From: an uncultured Gemmatimonadaceae bacterium
Lineage (GTDB): Bacteria; Gemmatimonadota; Gemmatimonadetes; Gemmatimonadales; Gemmatimonadaceae
Reading direction: 5' to 3'
Length of the DNA: 64,000 nucleotides
Assembly: GCA_963773545.1 (NCBI GenBank)
Contig: CAVZBP010000003.1
Coordinates: 862,609 to 926,608 of the forward strand
Positions within the stretch are counted from its first letter, which is position 1. Each line of letters begins with the position of its first letter. The notes under the pieces are model-generated. The model was given only the letters and a program-made list of their open reading frames with translations. It did not search any database and was not told the origin of the DNA. A program made the translations under genes and the position numbers. Of the stretch, positions 37,148 through 47,642 are shown one piece after another.

Positions 37148-38050
37148 GCGCCGCCCGAGCGCCATCGCGTGCCCGTGGCCTGTGCTGCAGCGCAGCGTGT
37201 GGCTCAACGCGCGTGCGGCGAAGGGGTGGTAGGGCAGCGCGCGCGGAGCGGGCGGCGCGAGTAACACTGTGCCGCGCGCAGAGCGAAGGACGGGAAGCGC
37301 GATGCTCCGACTCACGCGCCGCCGCTGCACCGACTCCCCATGCACCGGCACCGCGACCAGATCGGCGCCGCACCGGTCGCTGAGCCGCAGCACCGCCTCG
37401 GCAGGATCCCCCTCGACGACGATCGCGTCCACCGCGCGCGCGCGCCAGGCAGCACGCTGGCGCAACTCCTCCAACAGATCATCCACCTTCCGGCGCAGCG
37501 TCTGGACCCACGCCGACCCGCCACCGAGCTCGCCGCCGTCGGCGCGACGCACGTAGACGAGCGTCAGCCGGGCTGCCGCGTCGGCGACCGACAGCGCCGC
37601 GTCCAGTGCCACCCGTGAGGCGCGCCCAAAATCCACTGCCACGAGCACGCGGCGCGGAAGGCGCCGCGTTCCCGGCGCCACAGCCATTACGGGCATGCGC
37701 GCGTGCCGCACGACCTGGTGCGCAAACTCCGGCTCGAGCACGCCACCCACGCGTCGATGGCCATCGCGTCCCACGAGCAGCAAGTCACACGCGTGGGCAG
37801 CAGCCTCCTGCGCCAGGCGGAGAGGCCAGGAGGCGTCGCCCCCGCGGCATTGCGAGACCTCCACCCGCCGACGTCCTATATGCCCAAGGAGGGCAGCCAT
37901 CCGTGTCACGGGCGCGTCGTCCGGATGGCCCTCGCCCACGCCGACGAACACACGGAGCTCCGCCCCGGCACGGCGCTGGATGGGGGCCGCCACGCCGGAG
38001 GGTGCGACCACGCGAAGCACGGGAATCTCCCGCTGCAGTTCAGTGCTCAC
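37118..38050 (-). CDS. universal stress protein, tandem Usp domains
   Basis: Two Usp-like units (VLRVVAPSG...; RVLVAVDFGRASRVALDAALSVA...LVAVPVHG). The start is approximate; the upstream track residues are junk. Confidence 0.5.
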   Translation of the reverse strand: MSTELQREIPVLRVVAPSGVAAPIQRRAGAELRVFVGVGEGHPDDAPVTRMAALLGHIGRRRVEVSQCRGGDASWPLRLAQEAAAHACDLLLVGRDGHRRVGGVLEPEFAHQVVRHARMPVMAVAPGTRRLPRRVLVAVDFGRASRVALDAALSVADAAARLTLVYVRRADGGELGGGSAWVQTLRRKVDDLLEELRQRAAWRARAVDAIVVEGDPAEAVLRLSDRCGADLVAVPVHGESVQRRRVSRSIALPVLRSARGTVLLAPPAPRALPYHPFAARALSHTLRCSTGHGHAMALGRRSGHAVEVLE

Positions 38051-38273
38051 GTCGCTATGGTTCGAGTAGGCGGTCAACCGGGCGCCACGCCAGCGATGCA
38101 TGGATGTGCTCTGGCGATGCGGCCGTCTGTCGGGGCGGCGGAGCAGACTCGTGGGGGTTTTCCCCGCTCGCACATCCATCGGATGCCGGTGTGCCGCGAT
38201 ATCCGGTGACGCGTCCTCAGAACAGGCGCTCCCGCCGACGCCGCCCTTCCCTGCCGCTTTTCGCCGTGCCGCC

Positions 38274-39638
38274 ATGCCGACGCCCCCCTCACTCATCGTT
38301 CTGCTATTCCTGGCCGCCTGGATTGCGCCCGCTGCCGGGCCTGCACGGCCGCCCGCGTCAACGCGCCCGGAGCTCGGCGTGGCCGCGGTGCTGGCGCCAC
38401 GCGGAGCGCGTGAGAGCGAAGCGCTCCGCAGCCAAGCGCGCGACACGGCGGGGATGCTCCTCGCGCGACTCTCTCTGGTGGACTACGTCATGCGCCGTGC
38501 GCTCGCGGCGCGGGGCTTTCCGGGCGCTGCCGTGGCGATCGGCCGCGACGACGCGGTCACCTGGCTGCGCGGCTACGGACATCTGGACTGGGCGCCAGGC
38601 AGCGAGGCGGTCGACGCCAAGGAAACGCTCTACAATGTGGCATCGCTCACCAAGGTGATGGCGACCACGAGCGCCATCATGGTGCTGTATGACGACGGAC
38701 GTTTGCGGTTGGACGACCGCGTGACCCGCTGGCTGCCCGGCTTTCGCGGCGGGCTGAAGGGCCAGGTCACCATACGCCAGCTTCTCACGCACCGGTCCGG
38801 ACTTCCGGCGGGCCGGGACCTGTGGCACGAGGCCGACAGCCCGGCGGAGGCACGCCGCCTGGCGCTCGCCACGCCGCTCATCCATCCTCCCGGGGAGCGG
38901 GAGCTGTACTCCGACATCGGCGCGATCGTTCTGAGCATGGTGGCCGAGGCGGCGGCCGGAGAACCGCTCGACCGTTTCGTGGAGCGTCGCGTCTTTCGCC
39001 CACTCGGCATGCGGCACACGGGCTTCCGTTTGACCTCGCGCCTCCGCCGCCACGCGGCGCCGACGGCCTATTCCGCCGTGCGCCACCGAATGCTGCGCGG
39101 TGAGGTGCACGATGAGAATGCCGCCGCGCTGGGCGGCGTGGCGGGACACGCGGGGTTGTTCAGTACGGCGGCCGACGTGGCGATCTTTGCCCGCATGATG
39201 CTCGGCGGAGGACGCGTGGGCGACGTTCGGATCGTGCGCGAGGCGACGGTGGCGCGCTTTACCCAAACCGCCGATGGTTGGAGAGCGCTGGGATGGCAAC
39301 TCTGTCCGGGGGGAGGCAGTTGCGGGCATCGCATGGGAGCGACGGCGTACGGACATACCGGATTCACGGGCACCTCGCTGTGGATCGATCCGGACCGACG
39401 CGCCTTCGCCGTGGTGCTGACGAACAGCGTGGATGCGCCACCGGGCGGGCGGGACGATCCGTGGGCCGTGTTGTCGGACGTGCGCGGGGATGTGGCGGAC
39501 CTGGCCATCCTGGCCGTGAACGACCAACCGGGAGGCGCGCCTCCCATGCCCCCCACGCTCCGCGCCGATCTGGCCATCGGCTGGGGGATCACGCCGCGCA
39601 CGCGCGTCGCGTTCCCCGCCGGTACGGGTGGCGAGTGA
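38274..39638 (+). CDS. serine hydrolase, beta-lactamase/penicillin-binding (class C-like) family, secreted
   Basis: A signal peptide (MPTPPSLIVLLFLAAWIAPAAG), the S-x-x-K motif ASLTKV, a YSD-like motif, and HTGFTG. Confidence 0.8.
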   Translation: MPTPPSLIVLLFLAAWIAPAAGPARPPASTRPELGVAAVLAPRGARESEALRSQARDTAGMLLARLSLVDYVMRRALAARGFPGAAVAIGRDDAVTWLRGYGHLDWAPGSEAVDAKETLYNVASLTKVMATTSAIMVLYDDGRLRLDDRVTRWLPGFRGGLKGQVTIRQLLTHRSGLPAGRDLWHEADSPAEARRLALATPLIHPPGERELYSDIGAIVLSMVAEAAAGEPLDRFVERRVFRPLGMRHTGFRLTSRLRRHAAPTAYSAVRHRMLRGEVHDENAAALGGVAGHAGLFSTAADVAIFARMMLGGGRVGDVRIVREATVARFTQTADGWRALGWQLCPGGGSCGHRMGATAYGHTGFTGTSLWIDPDRRAFAVVLTNSVDAPPGGRDDPWAVLSDVRGDVADLAILAVNDQPGGAPPMPPTLRADLAIGWGITPRTRVAFPAGTGGE

Positions 39639-39675
39639 CGGCAGGGCGTTGCCGGCGGCCCCGTCGCGCGGCCGC

Positions 39676-41829
39676 ATGAGCAGCGTCGTCACCGCTGGTC
39701 CGCCCAGCACCCCCGCCACCGCACTCGACGCGATCATGCGCCCGCGGGCAATCGCCGTCGTTGGGGCCTCGCGGTCGGCGGACACCATCGGGCACCAGAT
39801 CGTGCAGAATCTTCTCCGCTTCGGCTTCACGGGTGCCGTGTACCCGGTGAATCCCAACGCCTCGTCGGTGCACTCCATCCGCGCCTATCCAAGCGTGGGA
39901 GCCATCCCGGAAGTGGTGGACCTGGCGCTCGTCGTCGTCCCCAAGCAACACGTACTCTCGGTGGCGGACGAATGCGGCCGCGCGGGCGTGCGCGGGCTGG
40001 TGGTCATCAGCGCCGGGTTTGCCGAGACAGGCTCCGAGGGACGGGCCGCGGAGCGGGACCTGGTGGCGACGGTGCGCCGCTATGGGATGCGCATGGTGGG
40101 TCCCAACTGCATGGGCGTGCTGAATGGAGACCCGGAGATCTCCATGAACGCCACCTTCGCTCCCAACATGCCCCCGCCGGGACGCGCGGCGTTCGTGTCG
40201 CAGTCGGGCGCGCTGGGCGTGAGCGTGCTGGACTACGCCAAGGAGTATGGCATCGGCATCGCGCAATTCGTCTCGGTGGGCAACAAGCCGGACGTGAGCG
40301 GGAACGACCTGCTGCTGCAGTGGGAGCACGACCCCGCGGTGGGGGTGATCCTGATGTACGTGGAGAACGTCGGCAATCCGCGCCGCTTTCTCGAAATCGC
40401 GTCTCGCGTCACCAAGCGCAAACCCATACTCATGGTGAAATCGGGACGGTCGCGCGTGGGCGCGCGCGCCGCCTCGTCGCACACCGGCGCACTGGCGGCG
40501 AGCGACGCCGTGGTGGACGCGTTGCTCGCGCAGGCGGGGGTGCTGCGCGCCGCGTCCATCGAGGAATTGTTCGACATGGCGATGGCGTTCGGCGAGCAGC
40601 GGCTGCCCCGCTCGCCTCGCACCGCCGTGGTGACCAATTCGGGCGGGCCGGGGATCCTGGCGGCGGATGCGCTCGAGACGCACGGCCTGGACGTCGTGGA
40701 GCTCGCGCCGGAGACGATACGGAAGCTCGTTCCGCTCTTTCCCGCCGAGGCGTCCATCCGCAATCCGCTCGACATGATCGCGTCCGCCTCGGCGCACTCG
40801 TACCACGTGGCACTCGACGCGGTGTTGTCCGATGCCGGCGTGGACACGGCCGTGGCGATCTTCGTCCCTCCGTTGGGTGTGCGGCAGGAAGACATCGCCG
40901 AATCGATCGTCGGTGTAGCGCGTGCATACCCGGACAAGCCGGTGCTTGCCGTGTTGATGGGACGCGAGGGGCTGCCGCAGGGACGCGCCGAACTGCACCG
41001 GGCCGGCATCCCGGCCTACATCTTCCCGGAGTCGGCGGCGCGCGCCCTGTCGGCCATGTATCGGCAGCAGGAGTGGTGCAGCCGGCCGGAGGCACACGTG
41101 CCGGCGCTGCAGGTCGACCGCGCGGCCGTGGCGCGCGTGGTCGCGGGTGCGCGCCAGCGGGGGCGGACCAAGCTGGCCGAAGGAGACGCGCTCGCCGTGC
41201 TCGACGCGTACGGTATCCCCACCACGCCTACCCGCGCCGCCCGCGACGGACGGGAAGCCGCACGCGTGGCGGCTGCGATCGGGTTCCCGGTGGCCATCAA
41301 GGTCATCTCGCCACAGATCCTGCACAAGACTGACGTGGGCGGGGTGCGCCTGGGATTGACCAGCGGCGACGAAGTGGAAGCCGCTGCCGCGGAGATTGCC
41401 GCGAACGTGCGCCGGGCACGACCGGATGCCGACGTGGAGGGCGTGCTCGTGCAGCACATGGCACGCGGCGGACGGGAAACGATCGCGGGGCTCACACGCG
41501 ATCCGGCGTTCGGTCCGCTGGTGATGTTCGGGCTGGGCGGGATCTTCGTCGAAGCGCTCCGCGATGTGGTGTTCCGGATCGCGCCGCTCACCGACCTGGA
41601 CGCGCGCGACATGCCCCGTGCGCTGCGTGCAGCCGCCGTGCTGGAGGGCGTCCGCGGAGAAGCGCGCGCCAATCTGGCGGCAGTGGAGCAGGTACTGCTC
41701 CGCATCTCGCAGCTCGCAATGGACTTTCCCGAGATCGCGGAGCTGGACATCAATCCCCTCTTGGCCGACGCGAGCGGTGTGGTGGCGCTGGACGCGCGCG
41801 TGGTGCTTACCCCGACGTCGGAGGGGTGA
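39676..41829 (+). CDS. acetate--CoA ligase (ADP-forming), fused alpha/beta subunits (CoA-binding + ATP-grasp)
   Basis: The CoA-binding domain has AIAVVGAS...VYPVNP, followed by succinyl-CoA-synthetase-like and ATP-grasp domains. This is the NDP-forming acyl-CoA synthetase architecture. Confidence 0.85.
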   Translation: MSSVVTAGPPSTPATALDAIMRPRAIAVVGASRSADTIGHQIVQNLLRFGFTGAVYPVNPNASSVHSIRAYPSVGAIPEVVDLALVVVPKQHVLSVADECGRAGVRGLVVISAGFAETGSEGRAAERDLVATVRRYGMRMVGPNCMGVLNGDPEISMNATFAPNMPPPGRAAFVSQSGALGVSVLDYAKEYGIGIAQFVSVGNKPDVSGNDLLLQWEHDPAVGVILMYVENVGNPRRFLEIASRVTKRKPILMVKSGRSRVGARAASSHTGALAASDAVVDALLAQAGVLRAASIEELFDMAMAFGEQRLPRSPRTAVVTNSGGPGILAADALETHGLDVVELAPETIRKLVPLFPAEASIRNPLDMIASASAHSYHVALDAVLSDAGVDTAVAIFVPPLGVRQEDIAESIVGVARAYPDKPVLAVLMGREGLPQGRAELHRAGIPAYIFPESAARALSAMYRQQEWCSRPEAHVPALQVDRAAVARVVAGARQRGRTKLAEGDALAVLDAYGIPTTPTRAARDGREAARVAAAIGFPVAIKVISPQILHKTDVGGVRLGLTSGDEVEAAAAEIAANVRRARPDADVEGVLVQHMARGGRETIAGLTRDPAFGPLVMFGLGGIFVEALRDVVFRIAPLTDLDARDMPRALRAAAVLEGVRGEARANLAAVEQVLLRISQLAMDFPEIAELDINPLLADASGVVALDARVVLTPTSEG

Positions 41830-43210
41830 CGGCGTCGCCGGCCTCCGGGCGGGCCGGATCCGCCGCACGATTGCCGGCGGGGTGCGCCGCGCGGCGGCCG
41901 GCGATATCGTCGGCCGGCGAGCGACCTTGCCGGGTGAACTGCGCGGCGAACGCCTGCGCCACCTCCACGTGCCGCGGCTCCAGGAAGCCCGTGCCCAATT
42001 CGGCGCACCCGTTCAAGGCGATCTCGATGAGCGCCGCCGCGGTCGCGGCATGCTGGGCATCGCGCAGCCCCAATCGCCCCGCGGTGCAGAGCGCCTCGTC
42101 CGACGGCGTCGGCAGCAGCGCCAACGCGTCGCGGCGCGCGCGCGGCGCACGTACCAGCCCGCCCACCACGGCAACGACGGCAGGATACCACTCCGGGGCG
42201 AGGGCGTCGATGGAGCGCACCTCCAGAAACCCCCGCGGTCGCACCTCGGGGAACAACGTGGACAGATGATCCGTCCACACGGCGTCCGACAATGTGCCGC
42301 GCGCGGCGAGCGCTCGGGCCGTGGGCGCCACGTGGTGCCCTTCGCGGCACGCCTGCTCGGCCGGCTCGACGGGCGGCAGCATGGCCGAGATGACGGTGGC
42401 ATCGAGCGCGAAATCCGCGTAGCGACCCACCGGATCGTGCGCGTCGAACGGCAGTCCTGTGCGCGCAGCATCCGTGTGGCGCCACGTATGCGCGCGAAAG
42501 CTCTGATGCCCCGTATCTGCACCGGCATATCGCGGCGAATTGGCGAACATGGCGGTGAAGTACGGAGCGGCAGCGTTGAGTACGTGCCACCGCTCCCACA
42601 GTTCGTCGCCGGTGCCAGCATCGACGCTCACCTGTACGGCGGCCGTCTGGCGCATCATCCTCGCACCCGCCGGGCCGATGCGCGCGAAGTGCGCATCCAT
42701 GGCCAGGTAGCGCGGCGCTGAAAGCTGCAGCGGCACCTGAGCGATGCGATTCTCCGGATCGATCCCCACGGCCAACAGGTCGATTCCGCGTCGGAGCGCC
42801 TGCGCGCGCAGAGCCTGAGCGACGCGCTGCAGCCAATCGAGCACGCGGCTTGCCGACGTCAGCGCGGGAGACGCAAGCTCGATCTGCCCACCGGGCTCGA
42901 ACGTGAGAACACCGTGCTCGGGTGTCACGAAGGCCGGCACCCCCTTGGCCGACCGCCGCTCGCTCCAGCCGAGGCGCGCGGCCACGCCCCGCACCATGGC
43001 CAGCGATGAGGATCCGCTCGGCGTTGCAGTCGGCGACCCACACGCAGGCGCCACGGAGCAGATCCGCCGCGTGAGCGCATCGACCGGGATGAACTCCGCT
43101 TCCACCCCGATCACCTCGGTCGCGTGCCCGCCCCGCGCGCTCACGAACGCGTCCTGACGCAGGCGGCGAACGGCGTCCTCCTTCAGCGCGTCGGCCGGGC
43201 CCCCGCTCAT
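41807..43210 (-). CDS. glutamate--cysteine ligase family 2 (GCS2 / EgtA-like)
   Basis: The carboxylate-amine ligase pattern (EVEFIPVD-like EAEFIPVD) is present. It sits downstream of egtB-egtD on the same strand. Confidence 0.7.
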   Translation of the reverse strand: MSGGPADALKEDAVRRLRQDAFVSARGGHATEVIGVEAEFIPVDALTRRICSVAPACGSPTATPSGSSSLAMVRGVAARLGWSERRSAKGVPAFVTPEHGVLTFEPGGQIELASPALTSASRVLDWLQRVAQALRAQALRRGIDLLAVGIDPENRIAQVPLQLSAPRYLAMDAHFARIGPAGARMMRQTAAVQVSVDAGTGDELWERWHVLNAAAPYFTAMFANSPRYAGADTGHQSFRAHTWRHTDAARTGLPFDAHDPVGRYADFALDATVISAMLPPVEPAEQACREGHHVAPTARALAARGTLSDAVWTDHLSTLFPEVRPRGFLEVRSIDALAPEWYPAVVAVVGGLVRAPRARRDALALLPTPSDEALCTAGRLGLRDAQHAATAAALIEIALNGCAELGTGFLEPRHVEVAQAFAAQFTRQGRSPADDIAGRRAAHPAGNRAADPARPEAGDAVTPPTSG

Positions 43211-44175
43211 GTGCGTGGCCGCGCCAGCACGAGTGCGAAGTCTCCCGGCTCATCGGGCGTCCACCGCATCACGTCCATCTGAGCGGCCGTGCAGAGACGA
43301 CGTACCTCGGCCTCGTCGTACTTACAGCTGATCTCGGTGCGGATGCTCTCCCCCGCGGCGAGCGTCACCGTGCCCACGTGGGGGATGTGTACGCTCTGCG
43401 GTGCGTCGGACACGAGATGCATCTCCACGCGGTGCAGCGCCTCCACGTAGGCGGCGCGGTGCGAGAACCGCGCGGGCACGAAGTCGGCGCCCAGCATCGC
43501 GTTCAGCGCATAGAGTGCGTTTCGGTTGAAGGCGGCCGTCACCCCACGTGCGTCGTTGTAGGCGGCATGCAGGCGCGCCGGATCCTTGCGGAGGTCGACG
43601 CCCATGAGCAAGCGGTCGCCCCGCTCCATGTGCGCGCGGATGCGGCGGAGGAGACGGACGGCGGCGGCGGAATCGAAGTTGCCGATCGTGCTGCCCAGGA
43701 ACACCGTGAGCCAGGGGCGCGCGAGATCCTCCGGGAGCGGGAGCGCGCGACGCATGTCCGCCACCGCGGGACGGACGGTGAGTGCCGGGTACGCCGTCGC
43801 GAGTCGGGTGGCAGTTTCGGCGAGGAACTCGGCACTCACGTCCACGGGCACGTACGTGGCCGCGCGCACGGCCGCGACCACCGCGTCGAGGATGACGCGC
43901 GTTTTTTCGCCTGCGCCGGCGCCGAGTTCCACCACTGTGCGCGGAGCGAGTTCCGGGATCCACGCCGGAATCCAGCGCTGGAGCAGCGATCGTTCGGCAC
44001 GCGTGAGGTAGTACTCCGGCAGTCGCGTGATCTCTTCGAACAGCTCCGATCCGCGCCGGTCGTAGAAATAGGTGGGAGGAATTTCCTTCTGCGCGCGCGC
44101 GAGGCCTGCCCGGACGTCCGCTCGTGCGCGCGCGAGCGCCTCGTCGGGGGCGGCCGCCCCGGCCAGACTAGTCAT
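43207..44175 (-). CDS. egtD: L-histidine N(alpha)-methyltransferase
   Basis: YFYDRRGSELFEEITRLPEYYLTRAE is the EgtD signature, with a SAM-binding motif VVELGAGAGEKT. The start is M103 of the track ORF and overlaps the egtB stop. Confidence 0.85.
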   Translation of the reverse strand: MTSLAGAAAPDEALARARADVRAGLARAQKEIPPTYFYDRRGSELFEEITRLPEYYLTRAERSLLQRWIPAWIPELAPRTVVELGAGAGEKTRVILDAVVAAVRAATYVPVDVSAEFLAETATRLATAYPALTVRPAVADMRRALPLPEDLARPWLTVFLGSTIGNFDSAAAVRLLRRIRAHMERGDRLLMGVDLRKDPARLHAAYNDARGVTAAFNRNALYALNAMLGADFVPARFSHRAAYVEALHRVEMHLVSDAPQSVHIPHVGTVTLAAGESIRTEISCKYDEAEVRRLCTAAQMDVMRWTPDEPGDFALVLARPRT

Positions 44176-45517
44176 CGCGCGCGCAGCGGAACCCGCTGAA
44201 GATCTGCCGCCGAGCGGGATTGTCCCAGTTGCGAAAGCTGTTTCGGATGGCCCCCGGCCGCGTGGCCCACGAGCCGCCGCGCAGTACCCGATAGTCCCCG
44301 CCGAAGAACGCCTCCGAGTATTCGCGGTATGGGAACGCCTTAAATCCGGGATACGGCCCGAAGCGCGAGGACGTCCACTCCCACACGTCGCCCACCATGC
44401 CATAGCAGCCGAGTGGAGAGACGTTGCGCTCGTACGCACCAATGGGCGCCGTACCGAAGGCAAGCTGGTCCAGGTTGGCATCGCGCGCGCCGGGCGGCGT
44501 GTCTCCCCAGGGATACGCGCGCATGCGACCAGCCTCGGCGTCCCACCCCGCGGCCACCTCCCACTCTACTTCGGTGGGCAGCCGCTTTCCCACCCAGCGC
44601 GCATACGCCTCCGCCTCGTGGAAGCAGACGTGCGACACGGGATGGTCGAGCGGCAGCGCGCGCACGATGCCGAACGCGTGTACGCACCACGCGCCGCCGC
44701 GCCGCTCCCAGTAGCGGGGTGCTTCGGCGGCGGTCTCCGTGCGCCAGCTCCACCCGGCGTCGGTCCACAGCGCCCGCTCGTGGTAGCCCCCCGCATCCAC
44801 GAACGCGCGATAGTCAGCCACCGACACCGGTGCGCGGTCCATGCGGAAGGGCGCAACGTCCACCGTGTGCGCGGGATGTTCGTTGTCGTACGCCGCCGTG
44901 CGATCGTCGGTGCCCAGGGTCACGGAGCCGCCGCCGAAACGCACCATGTCGCCCGGGTTCGGGCGGAGCGCTCCACGGGGCACACTTCGCGCGGATGGAC
45001 ACGCATACGGCGCCCCCGCCCTGAGTTGGAGTGTCTGCAGGATCGTCTCGTTGTGCTGATACTCGTGCTGCAGCACCATCCGGTACACGTACCCGTCCCG
45101 CAGCAGCGGATCGGAGGACGTGAGATCGACCGTCGCCAGCCTCTTCAGCACGCGTGCGCGGACATCATCCAGCACGGCGCGGATCTCGTCCGTGGACGGC
45201 AGCGGCAGCTCGCCGCGCGTGGCGCGCGGATGCTCGAACGGATTGAACATCCCGGGCATCTCGCCGAAGGTGACCGGCGCATCGAGCTGCCGAAGCAGCC
45301 AGAGCTCCTCGAAGTGCGCAATGTGGCCGAGGTCCCACAGGATGGGGCTCATCAGTCGATCGTGCTGTCGCGCGAGATCCTCCTGGGAAAGCGGACTCAC
45401 GAGCAGCAGCGTTCGCGTCCGCGCCTCGGCCAAGTCGTCCGCCAGGAGTTGTCGGACGGCGGAGGAAGAACGGACTTCACTGGGGCTCGCGGCGGGCGGA
45501 CTGGCGCTGGGCGACAT
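44168..45517 (-). CDS. egtB: hercynine oxygenase / sulfoxide synthase EgtB (DinB-like + FGE-sulfatase domains)
   Basis: The N-terminal DinB_2 domain has the His motifs HIAHFEELW and HEYQHNE. The C-terminal FGE-like domain has RGGSWATRP. Confidence 0.85.
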   Translation of the reverse strand: MSPSASPPAASPSEVRSSSAVRQLLADDLAEARTRTLLLVSPLSQEDLARQHDRLMSPILWDLGHIAHFEELWLLRQLDAPVTFGEMPGMFNPFEHPRATRGELPLPSTDEIRAVLDDVRARVLKRLATVDLTSSDPLLRDGYVYRMVLQHEYQHNETILQTLQLRAGAPYACPSARSVPRGALRPNPGDMVRFGGGSVTLGTDDRTAAYDNEHPAHTVDVAPFRMDRAPVSVADYRAFVDAGGYHERALWTDAGWSWRTETAAEAPRYWERRGGAWCVHAFGIVRALPLDHPVSHVCFHEAEAYARWVGKRLPTEVEWEVAAGWDAEAGRMRAYPWGDTPPGARDANLDQLAFGTAPIGAYERNVSPLGCYGMVGDVWEWTSSRFGPYPGFKAFPYREYSEAFFGGDYRVLRGGSWATRPGAIRNSFRNWDNPARRQIFSGFRCARDD

Positions 45518-45654
45518 GGGCGGTGGCGTGTGCGATGGGCTCCGGACGGAGGCACGGCCGTGTGCCTCGCGTGTCCTAAGTCAATCCCCGTGCCGCGGCA
45601 ACGGTTCCCCGGCGGTGCGACGTCGCTCGAGTGTGCGCGGCCGTCGGGGCCGGG

Positions 45655-47070
45655 CTACGTTGCGCGCGGCTCGGGTGCACCGGGTGCACCGCGCGCGTCG
45701 GCGGCGCGTCGCGGACGCGCGGTGGGGTAGTCCCGCTCCGGCGGACCCGTGTAGATCTGACGCGGTCGGGCGATCTTCTGCTCCTTGTCGAGCAGCATCT
45801 CCTCCCACTGGGCCAACCACCCCGCCGTGCGCGCAATGGCGAACAGCACGGTAAAGAATTCCGTGGGAAACCCCATCGCGCGGTAGATCAGCCCGGTGTA
45901 GAAGTCGACGTTGGGATACAGCTTGCGCGAAACGAAGTATTCGTCCTCCAACGCGATCCGCTCGAGCTCGAGCGCGATCTCCAACCCTTCGTCCACGCCG
46001 GTGATCTCGAACACCTCGTTGGCGAGCTGCTTCACGATGCGAGCACGTGGATCGTAGCTCTTGTACACGCGATGGCCGAAGCCCATGAGGCGGCCGCCAC
46101 CCGCCTTCACCTCGCGCACGAACGCTGGAATGCGGTCCTTGCTTCCGATCTCACTGATCATCCGCAGCACCTGTTCGTTGGCGCCGCCATGCAGCGGCCC
46201 GAACAGTGCCGCGATCCCGGCGGTGAGCGCCGAGAACGGATCCACGTGGGACGAGCCCACCGAGCGCACGGCACTGGTGGAGCAGTTCTGCTCGTGATCC
46301 GCGTGCAGCGTGAAGAGCACATCCAGCGCGCGCACGAAGACCGGATTGGGGTGGTACGTCGACTCGCCGATGCGGAACGTCATCGAGAGGAAATTCTCAA
46401 TGTAGGACAGATCGTTCTCCGGATAGACAATGGGCAGCCCCCGCATGTGGCGCAGCGAGAACGCGGCCAGCGTGGGGAGCTTGGCGAGCAGCCGGATGAC
46501 CGCGATGTCCCGTTCCGCCGGGTCGAAGATGTTGTGCGCGCCGGGATAGAAGGACGACAGCGCCGCCACGCTGCTGCAGAGCATCGACATCGGATGCGCG
46601 TCGTAGCGGAAGCCCTCGAGGAACTTGCGGATGTTCTCGTGGACATACGTGTGGTACGTGATGTCGTGCACGAAGCGGTCGAACGCCGCCGCCGACGGCA
46701 GCTCCCCGTGGCGGAGTAGCCACGCCACCTCGAGGAACGAGGAGTGTTCGGCCAATTGTTCGATCGGGTATCCGCGGTACCGCAGAATGCCCTTCGCGCC
46801 ATCGATGAAGGTGATGGCGCTGCGACAGGACGCGGTGTTCAGGAACGCCGGATCATAACTGAGCAGCCCGAAATCCTGTGCATCCGTCTTGATCTGCCGG
46901 AGGTCGAGCGCGCGAATGGCGCCGTCCTCCACCGGAAGCGTGTACGTAGCGTCGGTGCGCCCGTCGCGCACGTCGAGCGCACTGGTCGTCGTTCCTGCCT
47001 GTGCCGTGGTATCCACCGTGTCTTGGTCCTGTGGCGTCGGAAGTTCCGGTCGAACGAGGGGCCCGCCCAC
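45655..47070 (-). CDS. gltA: citrate synthase (type II, hexameric)
   Basis: Collinear with E. coli GltA, with active-site regions GFGHRVYK and LYPNVDFY. Confidence 0.9.
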   Translation of the reverse strand: MGGPLVRPELPTPQDQDTVDTTAQAGTTTSALDVRDGRTDATYTLPVEDGAIRALDLRQIKTDAQDFGLLSYDPAFLNTASCRSAITFIDGAKGILRYRGYPIEQLAEHSSFLEVAWLLRHGELPSAAAFDRFVHDITYHTYVHENIRKFLEGFRYDAHPMSMLCSSVAALSSFYPGAHNIFDPAERDIAVIRLLAKLPTLAAFSLRHMRGLPIVYPENDLSYIENFLSMTFRIGESTYHPNPVFVRALDVLFTLHADHEQNCSTSAVRSVGSSHVDPFSALTAGIAALFGPLHGGANEQVLRMISEIGSKDRIPAFVREVKAGGGRLMGFGHRVYKSYDPRARIVKQLANEVFEITGVDEGLEIALELERIALEDEYFVSRKLYPNVDFYTGLIYRAMGFPTEFFTVLFAIARTAGWLAQWEEMLLDKEQKIARPRQIYTGPPERDYPTARPRRAADARGAPGAPEPRAT

Positions 47071-47360
47071 GCGTGCAACTTAGCGCCCGGCGCGCTCGCG
47101 TGCAGGGGCGCCACGTGCATGGTGTCGTAAACTACAGCGTGATGGTGGTGACGCGCGAGGATCCGTGGCCGGCCGTCACCAGCGATCGGCGGTGAATCCG
47201 GCGCGCCGCGAACGAGGGCGTGACGTGATGCAGATCACCTTCGCGGCGCGCATCGGCGCGTGGCGGCGTGGCGTCCACCGCCGGCCCACGACGGTCGGCT
47301 CTGCGCACGGCCGCGCGCGGCCGCGCGCGGCCGATCTCGCGGTGCAGCGGCCGCCGCGCC

Positions 47361-47642
47361 CTACGGTTCCACGGATAGCTGGACCCGAAGCGGAACGTCG
47401 CTCGGGTGAAACTCGTTGAGGCGGGCAACCATGCGCGCGATGCGCTCGCAGATCGATGCGGCGTTCCCTTCACCATCCCCGCGCGCCCGCAGGGTCATGC
47501 CGCTCGCCCGGTCGCCCGGCAGAACGTCCAGCTCCGGAAATCCTCTTGTCAGTCGGTCCGGGAGGGAGTCGCACACCGCAGGCGCTCCCTGGAGCACCGA
47601 AATCCGAACCGTGCACGGTATCGCTGACTGGACTGCTGTCAT
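47361..47642 (-). CDS. hypothetical protein (93 aa)
   Basis: ATG with GGAG about 6 nt upstream; no homolog recognised. It lies in a roughly 1.1-kb gene-poor region. Confidence 0.25.
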   Translation of the reverse strand: MTAVQSAIPCTVRISVLQGAPAVCDSLPDRLTRGFPELDVLPGDRASGMTLRARGDGEGNAASICERIARMVARLNEFHPSDVPLRVQLSVEP

